A stretch of DNA of 64,000 nucleotides, taken from Candidatus Cloacimonadales bacterium (GTDB lineage Bacteria; Cloacimonadota; Cloacimonadia; Cloacimonadales; JAFGVF01). The stretch's first letter is position 1. Every line of letters starts with the position of its first letter. The notes under the pieces are model-generated. The model ran no database searches and was not told the DNA's origin. It saw nothing but the letters and a program-made list of their open reading frames with translations. Position numbers and translations under genes: made by a program. Positions 1-8,979 of this stretch are shown here, one piece after another. The stretch is taken from assembly GCA_963663475.2 (NCBI GenBank), contig CAXXJV010000001.1, positions 992,001-1,056,000 of the forward strand. The letters run 5' to 3'.

Positions 1-203
1 CAGACTTTTTCAAGAATGGGGAGAATCTTTTGGAGATAATGTTATCACTACAGCAATAGTCGACAGATTAGTCCATCATGCTGAAACTATCCTGATCGAT
101 GGAAATAGCTATCGAATGAAAGGAAAAATGTAGAAAAAAATTGTTTACAACAGTGTACCAGTTATGACTTCCAAAAGTGTACCAGTTTAAACTTCCATTG
201 ACA
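1..203 (+). mobile_element. istB: IS21-family element, right end (3' end of istB at 1-133 plus right inverted repeat); extends beyond window start
   Basis: 1-203 is the reverse complement of 24010-24212 except for one substitution in the A-run after the stop; ends in ...GTGTACCAGTTTAAACTTCCATTGACA. Confidence 0.95.
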
Positions 204-240
204 GTTGTACTCAGTCCGAAGAAGTCTATAAGCTACGACT

Positions 241-335
241 GGAGTGAGGGTAGTTGCTCACGAAGAAGCGACTTCCGACAAGTTTCTTGGCCCAAAGTCC
301 CTTGCCTAGTGCTGAGTAACTCTGGTCTGCTCCTT
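241..335 (-). repeat. Diverged copy of GC-rich hairpin repeat (family A)
   Basis: Reverse complement aligns with 14078-14173 and 17955-18050 (shared TAGGCAAGGGACTT, GTCGGAAGTCGCT, GTGAGCAACT). Confidence 0.85.
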
Positions 336-521
336 TTGGTAAAAAGTGACCAATTAATCGTTAACACTGTAAAAAATCTTTAGGATAATTTCAACGCTTT
401 CTAACAATGATAAATCGGCTTTTAAAATAATTCTCAAAATACAAAAAAAAAACTTTACTAAATAGAAGGATATTTACATTTATACTTTAAAAGAGATTTA
501 AATAAAAAATGTGGAGGAACT

Positions 522-2768
522 ATGCCTCAAATGATGAGGAAAATAATGCTAATAGCCATGTTAATGGTCTTTAGTACTATAATCACAGCCCAGACTTCAT
601 TAATAAGAAACATCCGTGTAGAAGGAAATGTTAATATAGATGATTCATTAATTTTAACTGTTTCAAAGGTAAAAATTGGTGATTTCGTTGATTATTCCAA
701 AGTATCTGAAACTATCCAAAGTTTATATGCCTTAGAAGTCTTTAACAATATCTATATCGAAAAAGAAAATATCTCAACAGGTGTTGAGTTAGTTATTAAT
801 GTTGAAGAGTATCCTGTTGTTGAAAGTGTCAAATTCAAAGGCAACAAGAAGTATAGTGATTCTGCATTAAAAGAATTTGTTCTTCTTAGAAAAGGTAGCT
901 ACTATTCCGAGTTTTTGAAAAACAAAGTAAGGAGACAGATAACTCAAAAGTATACAGAAAAAGCTTATAATAATGTAAGCATAGATTATCAGGTAGAAAA
1001 CTTAGATAGTAATAGGGTTAATGTGACAGTACTTATCGATGATGGTGAAAAGATTAGAGTTAATAAAATTACTTTTCATGGGAACAGTGATATCCCTAGT
1101 AAAAAACTTCGTAAGAAGATGAAGACAAAGACAACTAATCTCTTCAGATCTGGTAAGTTTGAACAGGAACAATTTGAAACAGATTTACAAGCAATAGAAG
1201 ACTATTATCAAGAGTTAGGTTATATCAACGCTAAGATAACTAAACATGAAGTAAAGACAGTTGAAGATAGGTTTATCCAAATAGATATTTACCTAAATGA
1301 GGGAGAACAATACAACTACGGAGATGTTCTTGTAACAGGAAATAAATTCTTCACAGAAGAAGAAATTATGGAAGTTCTCGAATTTGACGAAGATGAACCA
1401 TTCAATATGCAAGAATTTAATTCACGTCAAGACCAGATAAGAGAAATGTACTCAGAAGAGGGTTTTATTTATAGCTCTATTGAACCTCAATTAATTATGA
1501 ATGAGGATAAAGTAGATATTCAAATAAATATTGATGAACAAATCAGAGCCAAGGTTAGAAAGATACATATCACTGGTAATCGTGGAACTAAAGAAAAGAT
1601 TATTAGAAGAAAACTAGCTGTTCATCCAGGAGACTTCTTTAAAAGATCACAGATTTTATTAACCCAGCAAAATATCTATAATTTAGGGCTTTTTGAACCT
1701 AATATTGGTATAGAACCTAAACCAATTAATTCTAAAGGTGATGTTGATTTATACTTTAATGTTGAAGATAAAACTTCTGGTTCAGCAAATGGTGGTGTTG
1801 GTTATAATAGTGTGGATGGTTTTGTAGGTCAATTAAGCTTATCTCATAATAATATTATGGGTAATAACTGGCAATCAAGTATATCTTATGAATTCGGTGG
1901 TTCTACTCAGAATGTCCAGTTTAGTTTTACCAACCCTTATACTTTTGATACTAATACTTTAACAGGATTTTCTGTATATAATACAAAAAGAGAATGGGAT
2001 GATTATTATTATGAAATCCTAACTCGTGGTGGATCTGTAAGAATAGGAAGACCTATGAAGTTTATCAACAAAACTCAAGCAATTCTAGCCTATTCTTATT
2101 ACTCAAAAAAATATACTATAACCGATATTGAACAGGTTGAAGCTAATAATAATCAAAGTTTGTTAGAACTTGACCCTTTAGGTTGGAGAAATACCAGCTC
2201 TTTAGGTTTAACTATTTCTAGAGACTCTAGAGATAATGTTTTCTTCCCTACTAAAGGTTCGCAGATAACTATTTATAATGAACTAGCAGGTGGTTTTCTA
2301 GGTGGTAATTTCGATTACTATAAATTCATCTCTCAAGTAAGTTTCTATACTGAAACTTATTACAAATTTGTCTTAAGGAATAAATGGAGATTTGGCTACG
2401 TAACTTCATTCGGGCAATCAGCTTCTGTTCCACCAGATGAAAGATTCTACTTAGGAGGAACTGGTCCTGATGGTATTAGAGGTTATGGAGATAGATCTAT
2501 AGGACCTAGTGATGGTGGTACTAGAGAAATTCTCTATTCTTCCGAACTGGCTTATCCAATTGGGGGAGACCAGCTAACTATTCTTTCCTTCTTAGATGCA
2601 GGAAATAGCTATAACTCACTTAATGATTTTAATTTCTTAGACTTTAAGAAAGGCGCAGGATTTGGTATTAGAATTAGAACGCCAATGGGACTTATTGGCT
2701 TTGATTATGCTTGGTCTTTTGCTAATGAAGAATGGCAGCCTCACTTTCAATTCGGAACTACTTTCTAG
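522..2768 (+). CDS. bamA: Outer membrane protein assembly factor BamA
   Basis: Signal peptide, repeated POTRA-like units (IxVxGN), IRGY loop motif, C-terminal Phe (FQFGTTF); SD GGAGG upstream. Confidence 0.95.
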   Translation: MPQMMRKIMLIAMLMVFSTIITAQTSLIRNIRVEGNVNIDDSLILTVSKVKIGDFVDYSKVSETIQSLYALEVFNNIYIEKENISTGVELVINVEEYPVVESVKFKGNKKYSDSALKEFVLLRKGSYYSEFLKNKVRRQITQKYTEKAYNNVSIDYQVENLDSNRVNVTVLIDDGEKIRVNKITFHGNSDIPSKKLRKKMKTKTTNLFRSGKFEQEQFETDLQAIEDYYQELGYINAKITKHEVKTVEDRFIQIDIYLNEGEQYNYGDVLVTGNKFFTEEEIMEVLEFDEDEPFNMQEFNSRQDQIREMYSEEGFIYSSIEPQLIMNEDKVDIQINIDEQIRAKVRKIHITGNRGTKEKIIRRKLAVHPGDFFKRSQILLTQQNIYNLGLFEPNIGIEPKPINSKGDVDLYFNVEDKTSGSANGGVGYNSVDGFVGQLSLSHNNIMGNNWQSSISYEFGGSTQNVQFSFTNPYTFDTNTLTGFSVYNTKREWDDYYYEILTRGGSVRIGRPMKFINKTQAILAYSYYSKKYTITDIEQVEANNNQSLLELDPLGWRNTSSLGLTISRDSRDNVFFPTKGSQITIYNELAGGFLGGNFDYYKFISQVSFYTETYYKFVLRNKWRFGYVTSFGQSASVPPDERFYLGGTGPDGIRGYGDRSIGPSDGGTREILYSSELAYPIGGDQLTILSFLDAGNSYNSLNDFNFLDFKKGAGFGIRIRTPMGLIGFDYAWSFANEEWQPHFQFGTTF

Positions 2769-2776
2769 AGGTAAAA

Positions 2777-3733
2777 ATGAACTATAAGCATCTGTTTGGA
2801 CCTGTAATCTCAAGGAGATTAGGAGTATCTCTTGGGGTTGATGTTGTACCTTATAAGTATTGCTCAATGAACTGCATATACTGTGAGGTTGGAGCAACTA
2901 CTCATCTTATAAATGAACCAGAAAATTTAGTGGATTTAGACGACGTAATCAAAGAATTAAAAGATTATATTTCTAAAAACCCTAAACTTGATTATATAAC
3001 TTTTTCTGGAGCAGGAGAACCCTTGCTCTACTCAAAAATTGGTCAGTTGATTAATTACATAAAGGAAACTTACCCCCAATATAAGTTGGCTCTAATAACG
3101 AATAGCTCACATCTTAACAGACCAGATATTAGTCAGGATCTATTGAAACTAGATATGATAATGCCATCTTTAGATGCAGTAGATCAAAGCACTTTCCAAG
3201 CTATTAATCGTCCTCATGAAGATATTAAAGTCTCTGAAATTATAAAAAATCTTATAACTTTTAACAAGACCTTCCCAGGTGAAATGTGGCTTGAGATTTT
3301 CTTTGTGCCTGAACTTAATGATTCTCCAGAAGAGTTAGCTAGAATGAGTCAAGTCATTAAAGAAATTAATCCTGAAAGAGTGCAATTAAATGCTCTTGAT
3401 AGACCTGGTACTGAAGCTTGGGTTAGACAGGAAGATAGAATTAAACTAGAAGAGATTAAGGCTTACTTTGAGTCTGCTTTACCTCAAAATATTATGGTTG
3501 AGATTATAAAAAAGGTAGATAAAAAGCTTTATGATGAAAACTCAACTTCTTTAGAAATAGAGGAGAAGATCATTTCAACAATAAAAAGACGACCTTGCAC
3601 AGCTCAAGATATGAGCCAAATGTTTAGTGTTCACATAAATGCGATCAATAAAGTTCTTCATAAATTGATTGAAGAAAAGAAAATAGAAGGTCTGCATCAA
3701 GAAAGAGGCATCTTCTATAAACTCTTAGGATAA
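2777..3733 (+). CDS. Radical SAM protein (TYW1-like subgroup) with C-terminal winged HTH
   Basis: CSMNCIYC (CxxxCxxC), GPVxSRRLGxSLG, SGAGEP; start moved to ATG 2777 after GAGG. Confidence 0.85.
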   Translation: MNYKHLFGPVISRRLGVSLGVDVVPYKYCSMNCIYCEVGATTHLINEPENLVDLDDVIKELKDYISKNPKLDYITFSGAGEPLLYSKIGQLINYIKETYPQYKLALITNSSHLNRPDISQDLLKLDMIMPSLDAVDQSTFQAINRPHEDIKVSEIIKNLITFNKTFPGEMWLEIFFVPELNDSPEELARMSQVIKEINPERVQLNALDRPGTEAWVRQEDRIKLEEIKAYFESALPQNIMVEIIKKVDKKLYDENSTSLEIEEKIISTIKRRPCTAQDMSQMFSVHINAINKVLHKLIEEKKIEGLHQERGIFYKLLG

Positions 3734-3735
3734 TT

Positions 3736-4422
3736 GTGAAAATAAGTGCTATTATAACTGCTGGTGGTTGTGGTAAGAGGTTACCAGGAAAAGTAAAAAA
3801 GCAGTTTCTTCTTTTAGATGATAAGCCAATACTTTTTCATACTATAGAAAGGTTCTTGACAAAAAAAATCATCTCCGAGATTATTATATCTCTGCCACCT
3901 GATGATTATATTCACCAAAGTGAATTGATAAAAGACTGCTATGGTAAGACTAAACTGAAGTTTGTTAAGGGAGGAAAAGAAAGGCAGGATTCTGTCTATA
4001 ATGCCCTATTAGCCTGTGATCCTGATTGTGATATTGTTTTAATACATGATGGAGTTAGACCTTTTTTCGGGTCTGGTCTTATAGAAGAAATGATTAAAGA
4101 AGTTAAAATAGGAAGGGGAGTAATACCTGTAAGCAAGGTGAAATTCACAATTAAAGAATGTGAAGAAGGATTTGTGAGCAGGACTATCCCGAGAGATAAA
4201 TTATATAATGTTCATACACCACAATGTTTTGATTATCAAGACATCTTAGAATTGAACAAACAGATGATGAGAGATGACATACTCTTTACTGATGATGCTT
4301 CCCTATATGAAATGATGGGGCTAGAAGTAAAAACTGTAAGAGAAACTGACTATAACATTAAGATAACAACACAAGAAGATCTTTTATATGCAGAATTCTT
4401 GTTGTCTAAGCTTAAGTATTAA
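3736..4422 (+). CDS. ispD: 2-C-methyl-D-erythritol 4-phosphate cytidylyltransferase
   Basis: AGGxGKR, KQF, GGKERQDSV, IHDGVRP, TDD, NIKITT motifs; GTG start. Confidence 0.93.
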   Translation: MKISAIITAGGCGKRLPGKVKKQFLLLDDKPILFHTIERFLTKKIISEIIISLPPDDYIHQSELIKDCYGKTKLKFVKGGKERQDSVYNALLACDPDCDIVLIHDGVRPFFGSGLIEEMIKEVKIGRGVIPVSKVKFTIKECEEGFVSRTIPRDKLYNVHTPQCFDYQDILELNKQMMRDDILFTDDASLYEMMGLEVKTVRETDYNIKITTQEDLLYAEFLLSKLKY

Positions 4423-4442
4423 AAATTGTATACGGAGATTTA

Positions 4443-7169
4443 ATGAAGAGATTTATTAAGAAGTTTGAAAATAGTAAATTAAATATTCCAATTCCTGTTT
4501 TGGGACTTGGTTGCGGTGTTTTGGGTTTAAGTTTAAATAAGATATCTGTTGATATTGGTAAATATGCATCTACACTACTTAGGGCCTTAGAGTATAGAGG
4601 TTATGATTCTACTGGGGCTGTTTTTCAAAATAAAAAAGATATTACACTATTAAAAGATGTGGGAGCTCCAAGTACTTTAGTAAAAACCCTAGGGATCGAA
4701 AAGCAGGCAGGTAAAATATTTTGTGGTCAAGTTCGTTGGGCAACTTTTGGGCAAGTTGATAAAAAGAACGCCCAACCTCATTGGGTTAAATGTAAAAGGG
4801 AACTCTATGGAGCTCATAATGGTAACATTACTAATACACGTGACTTAAGGGAGTTTTTGTTAGCTGAAGGCCATAATGTTGTTTCTGATAATGATGGGGA
4901 AATGTTGGTTCATACTGTAGAACACTATTTCGATATTGAATTAGGTAAACATAAAGAAGCAGACCAGAATAATGCAGAAATCAGAAAAGAAGCTATGCGT
5001 AAAGCTATTGTACAAGCTGGTAAAAAAGCAGTTGGCTCTTATGCTGCTGTAGTCTGTGATCCTATTACTGAAGTTTCTTGGGCAATTAAATCTGGTTCTT
5101 CTCTCTATTTTGGTATGGGTGAGATTGATGGACACAAGTTTGGTTTAGCTTCCTCAGATTTAACTGCAGTTTTGCGTTTTACTAAAATGCTTGTTAATTT
5201 AAGAGAAGGAGAGTTTGTTGAATATACCTCAGAAGGCTATCAACTTTTTGCTCAAAAACCTCTATGTTTCAAGAAAGTTGGTGAGAAAGATGAGTGTTAT
5301 GAACCAGGTGATAAGATTAAGAAAGAACTTGTTAGATCAAAATTAAGGGCTGAAGACACTGAACTTCTTCCCCAATATGATTATTTCATGGAACAAGAGA
5401 TTCAATCTCAACCTGAATCCACAGGTAAGCTTATCAAGATTTACCAAGGTGGCTCTAACACTGGTAGGAGAATGATAGAATTCTTAAAGAGAGAAGATAT
5501 CTTTACAAGTATAGAAAAACTTTCTCATGATATTGCTAAGGTGGAAGACTTTGAAAAAAAGAAAAAGCATTTTGATAAGTTTTTAAATGATAAAAAATCA
5601 GATGAATATTATGAAAAGGTTAAAGATGGATATCAATCTATCTATGATGTTTTAGTTAAAGAAGATTTTGAAAACAAGTATTTATTCTCTGAAGAGAAAA
5701 ATTTGCTCATTGAGCTTATGAATGGCGGTTTTTCAAAGAAAAAATTACTTATTATCAAGGCATTAGATAGCTATTATGAAGATATAGAAAATAACCTCTA
5801 CCAAAAGAATGTGAATGATTTTATCAAACTTCTTGAAAACACAAAGAAAAATAAAGGTGTAACTTATTCTATAGCCTGTGGTACTTCCTATAACGCTACT
5901 AAGGTTGCTGCCCTTTTCTTTAACGAAATAGCTGGTGTGGAAATTATTCCAATTCTTCCTGGTGATTTCCGAGGTGAGTACTCTAACAGTTTGAAAGATC
6001 ATGATTTAATAATTGGTGTTTCTCAAAGCGGAGAAACAAAAGATTTAATTGATATCTTTAATGATATTGATGCATCAGGTTTAAACATAGGAAAAGTTGT
6101 GGTAGTGAATAATATGAATTCAACTCTTGGACAAGAGAAGAGTGATGTCGCTATTCCTATTCATTGTGGACCAGAAATTGCTGTTCCAGCTACGAAAAGT
6201 TTCATGAATCAACTTACTGTCTTTTATTATCTAGCTATCAAAACAGCTGAAAGAATGTTAGAGCTAGAAAGAGCTACAATGGAAAAAGCAGAAATTTGGG
6301 AAAAAGAACATATAATAGCTTATCGTAAAAAGACTCTTAAAGATATTCCTCTCTTATTGAAGGAAACTATATCAACTACCAAAGAACAAATAACTTATGT
6401 AGCAAACAAAACATATATGGAACCTTCAATGCATTTGCTTGCTACCAAGATATCAGGGGTTGCTTTTGAGGGAGCTTTAAAAATTAGAGAAACTGTGCTT
6501 AACCATACAGAAGGAAGAGAAGCTTCTGAATTCAAACATGGACCTAACACTATTCTAGGAAAAAATACTATATTTGGATTGAAGAATGTTAAAAAATTAC
6601 TCAAAAAGATAAATCTATTACATGATTTAGTAGCAGCAAATGCTGATAAATATAACTTGATCCCAGATGATACTATGGCTTTAAACAAGGCTATTACTAG
6701 TTATATCTTTGATAGAACTTTCCCTTTTAATTTATCAACTAATGCTACAGAACTCTTTAAGAAACTTGTCTCTGAAATAGATTTCTTCGATGAATTATAT
6801 AGAAATTATCCACTTGTATATATTACAGGTCCTGAGGAAAGAGATATTAACTTAACAATATCTCAAATAAATACCCATAAAATTAGAGGAGCAGATACCT
6901 TTATTATTGCTGAAGAGAATGATAAACTTATGGATAATGCTCGCTTGAATCCTTTTGGAGATAGTAAATATTATGGATGGGGTTATATACCTCTACCTAA
7001 AACTGGTGATACATTAATGACTTGTTTCTCAGCATCTATAGCTTTGCAATTGCTTGCTCTAGCTATGAGTATTAAAAAAATGGAATACTTAGATAGATTA
7101 GGCATGGTTGAGCATGGTGTGCACCCTGATGTGCCTAAAAATGTATCAAAATCTATCACTGTTGATTAA
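4443..7169 (+). CDS. glmS: Atypical long glutamine--fructose-6-phosphate aminotransferase (GlmS-like)
   Basis: CG, LEYRGYDS, RWAT, HNG, SQSGETKD, GPEIAVPATK, EGALK, KHGP, C-terminal PKNVSKSITVD; 908 aa with N-terminal extension and insertions. Confidence 0.85.
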   Translation: MKRFIKKFENSKLNIPIPVLGLGCGVLGLSLNKISVDIGKYASTLLRALEYRGYDSTGAVFQNKKDITLLKDVGAPSTLVKTLGIEKQAGKIFCGQVRWATFGQVDKKNAQPHWVKCKRELYGAHNGNITNTRDLREFLLAEGHNVVSDNDGEMLVHTVEHYFDIELGKHKEADQNNAEIRKEAMRKAIVQAGKKAVGSYAAVVCDPITEVSWAIKSGSSLYFGMGEIDGHKFGLASSDLTAVLRFTKMLVNLREGEFVEYTSEGYQLFAQKPLCFKKVGEKDECYEPGDKIKKELVRSKLRAEDTELLPQYDYFMEQEIQSQPESTGKLIKIYQGGSNTGRRMIEFLKREDIFTSIEKLSHDIAKVEDFEKKKKHFDKFLNDKKSDEYYEKVKDGYQSIYDVLVKEDFENKYLFSEEKNLLIELMNGGFSKKKLLIIKALDSYYEDIENNLYQKNVNDFIKLLENTKKNKGVTYSIACGTSYNATKVAALFFNEIAGVEIIPILPGDFRGEYSNSLKDHDLIIGVSQSGETKDLIDIFNDIDASGLNIGKVVVVNNMNSTLGQEKSDVAIPIHCGPEIAVPATKSFMNQLTVFYYLAIKTAERMLELERATMEKAEIWEKEHIIAYRKKTLKDIPLLLKETISTTKEQITYVANKTYMEPSMHLLATKISGVAFEGALKIRETVLNHTEGREASEFKHGPNTILGKNTIFGLKNVKKLLKKINLLHDLVAANADKYNLIPDDTMALNKAITSYIFDRTFPFNLSTNATELFKKLVSEIDFFDELYRNYPLVYITGPEERDINLTISQINTHKIRGADTFIIAEENDKLMDNARLNPFGDSKYYGWGYIPLPKTGDTLMTCFSASIALQLLALAMSIKKMEYLDRLGMVEHGVHPDVPKNVSKSITVD

Positions 7170-7185
7170 TATCTAAAAATAATTC

Positions 7186-7432
7186 TTGACATTTAGTTAA
7201 CTTTATAAACTATAGGTCTAATATTAAAAAATAAATAAAAAGGAGATGCAGAATGATTAACTTAAGCATTAAAAATAATGTTAAATTAAGAAGTAATTAA
7301 TCTGCACTGATACCTTGAAACATATTTAAGTTATGGGATCAGTGGAGTTTGAAAACTATGCTGATCCTATTATTGCGTCAAATTTTACCCGGAATCTTGT
7401 CCAATATGGATTAGCATTCCGGGTTTCTTTTT
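7186..7432 (+). promoter_or_regulatory. Promoter plus ribosome-dependent transcriptional attenuator upstream of hflX
   Basis: TTGACA 7186-7191; uORF; mutually exclusive pairings; terminator CCCGGAAT...ATTCCGGG (7388-7423) followed by a T-rich tract. Confidence 0.72.
7253..7300 (+). CDS. Putative leader peptide MINLSIKNNVKLRSN (uORF of hflX)
   Basis: SD AAGGAG 7 nt upstream of ATG; 15 codons; embedded in alternative hairpins. Confidence 0.7.
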   Translation: MINLSIKNNVKLRSN

Positions 7433-7466
7433 TCCGGGGATTTACTTAGAATAAGAAGGAGAAAAT

Positions 7467-8801
7467 ATGTCTAAAGATAAATTATTAGAAAGTGATAATG
7501 AGATTATTCTTGATCCCAATCAAGCAATATTGATAGGAGTATGCTTACAAAAAGAAGATCTAAATGATAAAGAAAAATCATTAGATGAACTTGAGTTATT
7601 AGCTAAGACAGCTGGACTTCGTTCAGTTTATAAGAGAATACAGAAACGTGATAAAATAGATGGTGGAACTTTCGTAGGAAAGGGTTTTTTACTTGAGATT
7701 AAAGAATTAGCTAAAGAATTAAATGCTGGTTTGATAATCTTTGACAACGAGTTATCACCAACCCAAGGAAGAAATGTGTCTGAGATTCTAGAATTAGAAG
7801 TTAGTGATAGAACAGAGATTATTCTCAACATCTTCCATCATCATGCTCAAACACATGAAGCTGCTTTACAAGTGGAGTTAGCTGAACTGAATTATCAGTT
7901 ACCACGTTTAAAGAAACTGTGGTCTCACTTTGAAGGAAGTAGAGTTGCAGCTAGTGGAGGAAGTCAAGGTGGAGGTTCTGCTGCACGTGGTAGTGGTGAA
8001 ACTCAGCTAGAGCTAGATAAGAGAATTATCAGAAATCAAATAGTAACTATCGAGAAGAAGTTAAAATCTATTATGACTCAAAAAGATACTCAAAGTAAGC
8101 AGAGAGCAAATCTTAAACGGGTATGTTTAGTAGGTTATACTAATGCAGGTAAGTCAACATTATTTAATCAATTAACTGATGCAGGAGTATTAGCTGAAGA
8201 CAAACTTTTTGCTACCTTAGGTTCAACAGTTAGAATGTTGAAGTTAGATAGAGGCAAAGAGATAGTTTTATCAGATACTGTAGGATTCATATCGCAATTA
8301 CCTCACCACCTGGTAGCATCTTTTAGGGCTACACTTAAGGAGGTAACAGAAGCAGATTTACTTTTACATACGGTTGATGTTTCAGATCCTCGATTTGAGT
8401 TTTATATAGCTGAAGTGGAAAAAGTACTTGATTCTATTGGGGCCAAAGATATTAAGAGTCTCTTGGTCTTTAATAAAATTGATAAACTTGAAGCTACAAA
8501 ATTAGCTTTTCTCAGGGATAGATTTCCTCAAGCTGTTTTTATTTCAGCTCTTGATAGTAGTAATATCGAAGTCTTAACTAGTAAAATAGAAAACGAACTT
8601 CATAATTATGCAACATATCAGCTTTTTATTCCCTTTGTGGAACAGAAAAGTGCTTCTGACTTAGAAAAGTTAGGCCAGATAGTTAATAAAAAATATGAAG
8701 CTCAGGGGACAGAGTTTGTTGCAATCTTAAATGAAGAGGATGTTAGATTCTTCAGGAAGTTTTTGAGATATTCTGTTCAAGATTTTTATCCAAATATTTA
8801 G
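7467..8801 (+). CDS. hflX: Ribosome-splitting GTPase HflX (possibly HflXr-like)
   Basis: GYTNAGKS, DTVG, NKID, GETQLE, FDNELSPTQ. Confidence 0.95.
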   Translation: MSKDKLLESDNEIILDPNQAILIGVCLQKEDLNDKEKSLDELELLAKTAGLRSVYKRIQKRDKIDGGTFVGKGFLLEIKELAKELNAGLIIFDNELSPTQGRNVSEILELEVSDRTEIILNIFHHHAQTHEAALQVELAELNYQLPRLKKLWSHFEGSRVAASGGSQGGGSAARGSGETQLELDKRIIRNQIVTIEKKLKSIMTQKDTQSKQRANLKRVCLVGYTNAGKSTLFNQLTDAGVLAEDKLFATLGSTVRMLKLDRGKEIVLSDTVGFISQLPHHLVASFRATLKEVTEADLLLHTVDVSDPRFEFYIAEVEKVLDSIGAKDIKSLLVFNKIDKLEATKLAFLRDRFPQAVFISALDSSNIEVLTSKIENELHNYATYQLFIPFVEQKSASDLEKLGQIVNKKYEAQGTEFVAILNEEDVRFFRKFLRYSVQDFYPNI

Positions 8802-8865
8802 ACTATTCTTAGCAGAATAATGCTGAGATTAAAATAATCTTTAACGTCGTTAATCAATCTACATT

Positions 8866-8907
8866 TAGCTACCTTCATTCAATAATATTGGATGAAGGTA
8901 GTTTTTT
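8866..8907 (+). terminator. Rho-independent terminator after hflX
   Basis: AGCTACCTTCATTCAA...TTGGATGAAGGTAGTT stem followed by T-run. Confidence 0.75.
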
Positions 8908-8979
8908 GCTTGTGAATATATTCTCTTGACGTTTTTTCTTCTCATAAAATTATAAGCTATCAATCATAAGAGGATTAAA

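Noticed and set aside
177-383. 68-aa ORF
   Set aside because: Overlaps the IS21 right end and a family A repeat; no SD or recognisable motif
4423-4442. glmS ribozyme
   Set aside because: Only 20 nt between ispD and glmS
8910-8927. Rex-like operator TTGTGAA-N4-TTCTCTT before malic enzyme
   Set aside because: Only one half-site matches well; easily arises by chance in AT-rich DNA
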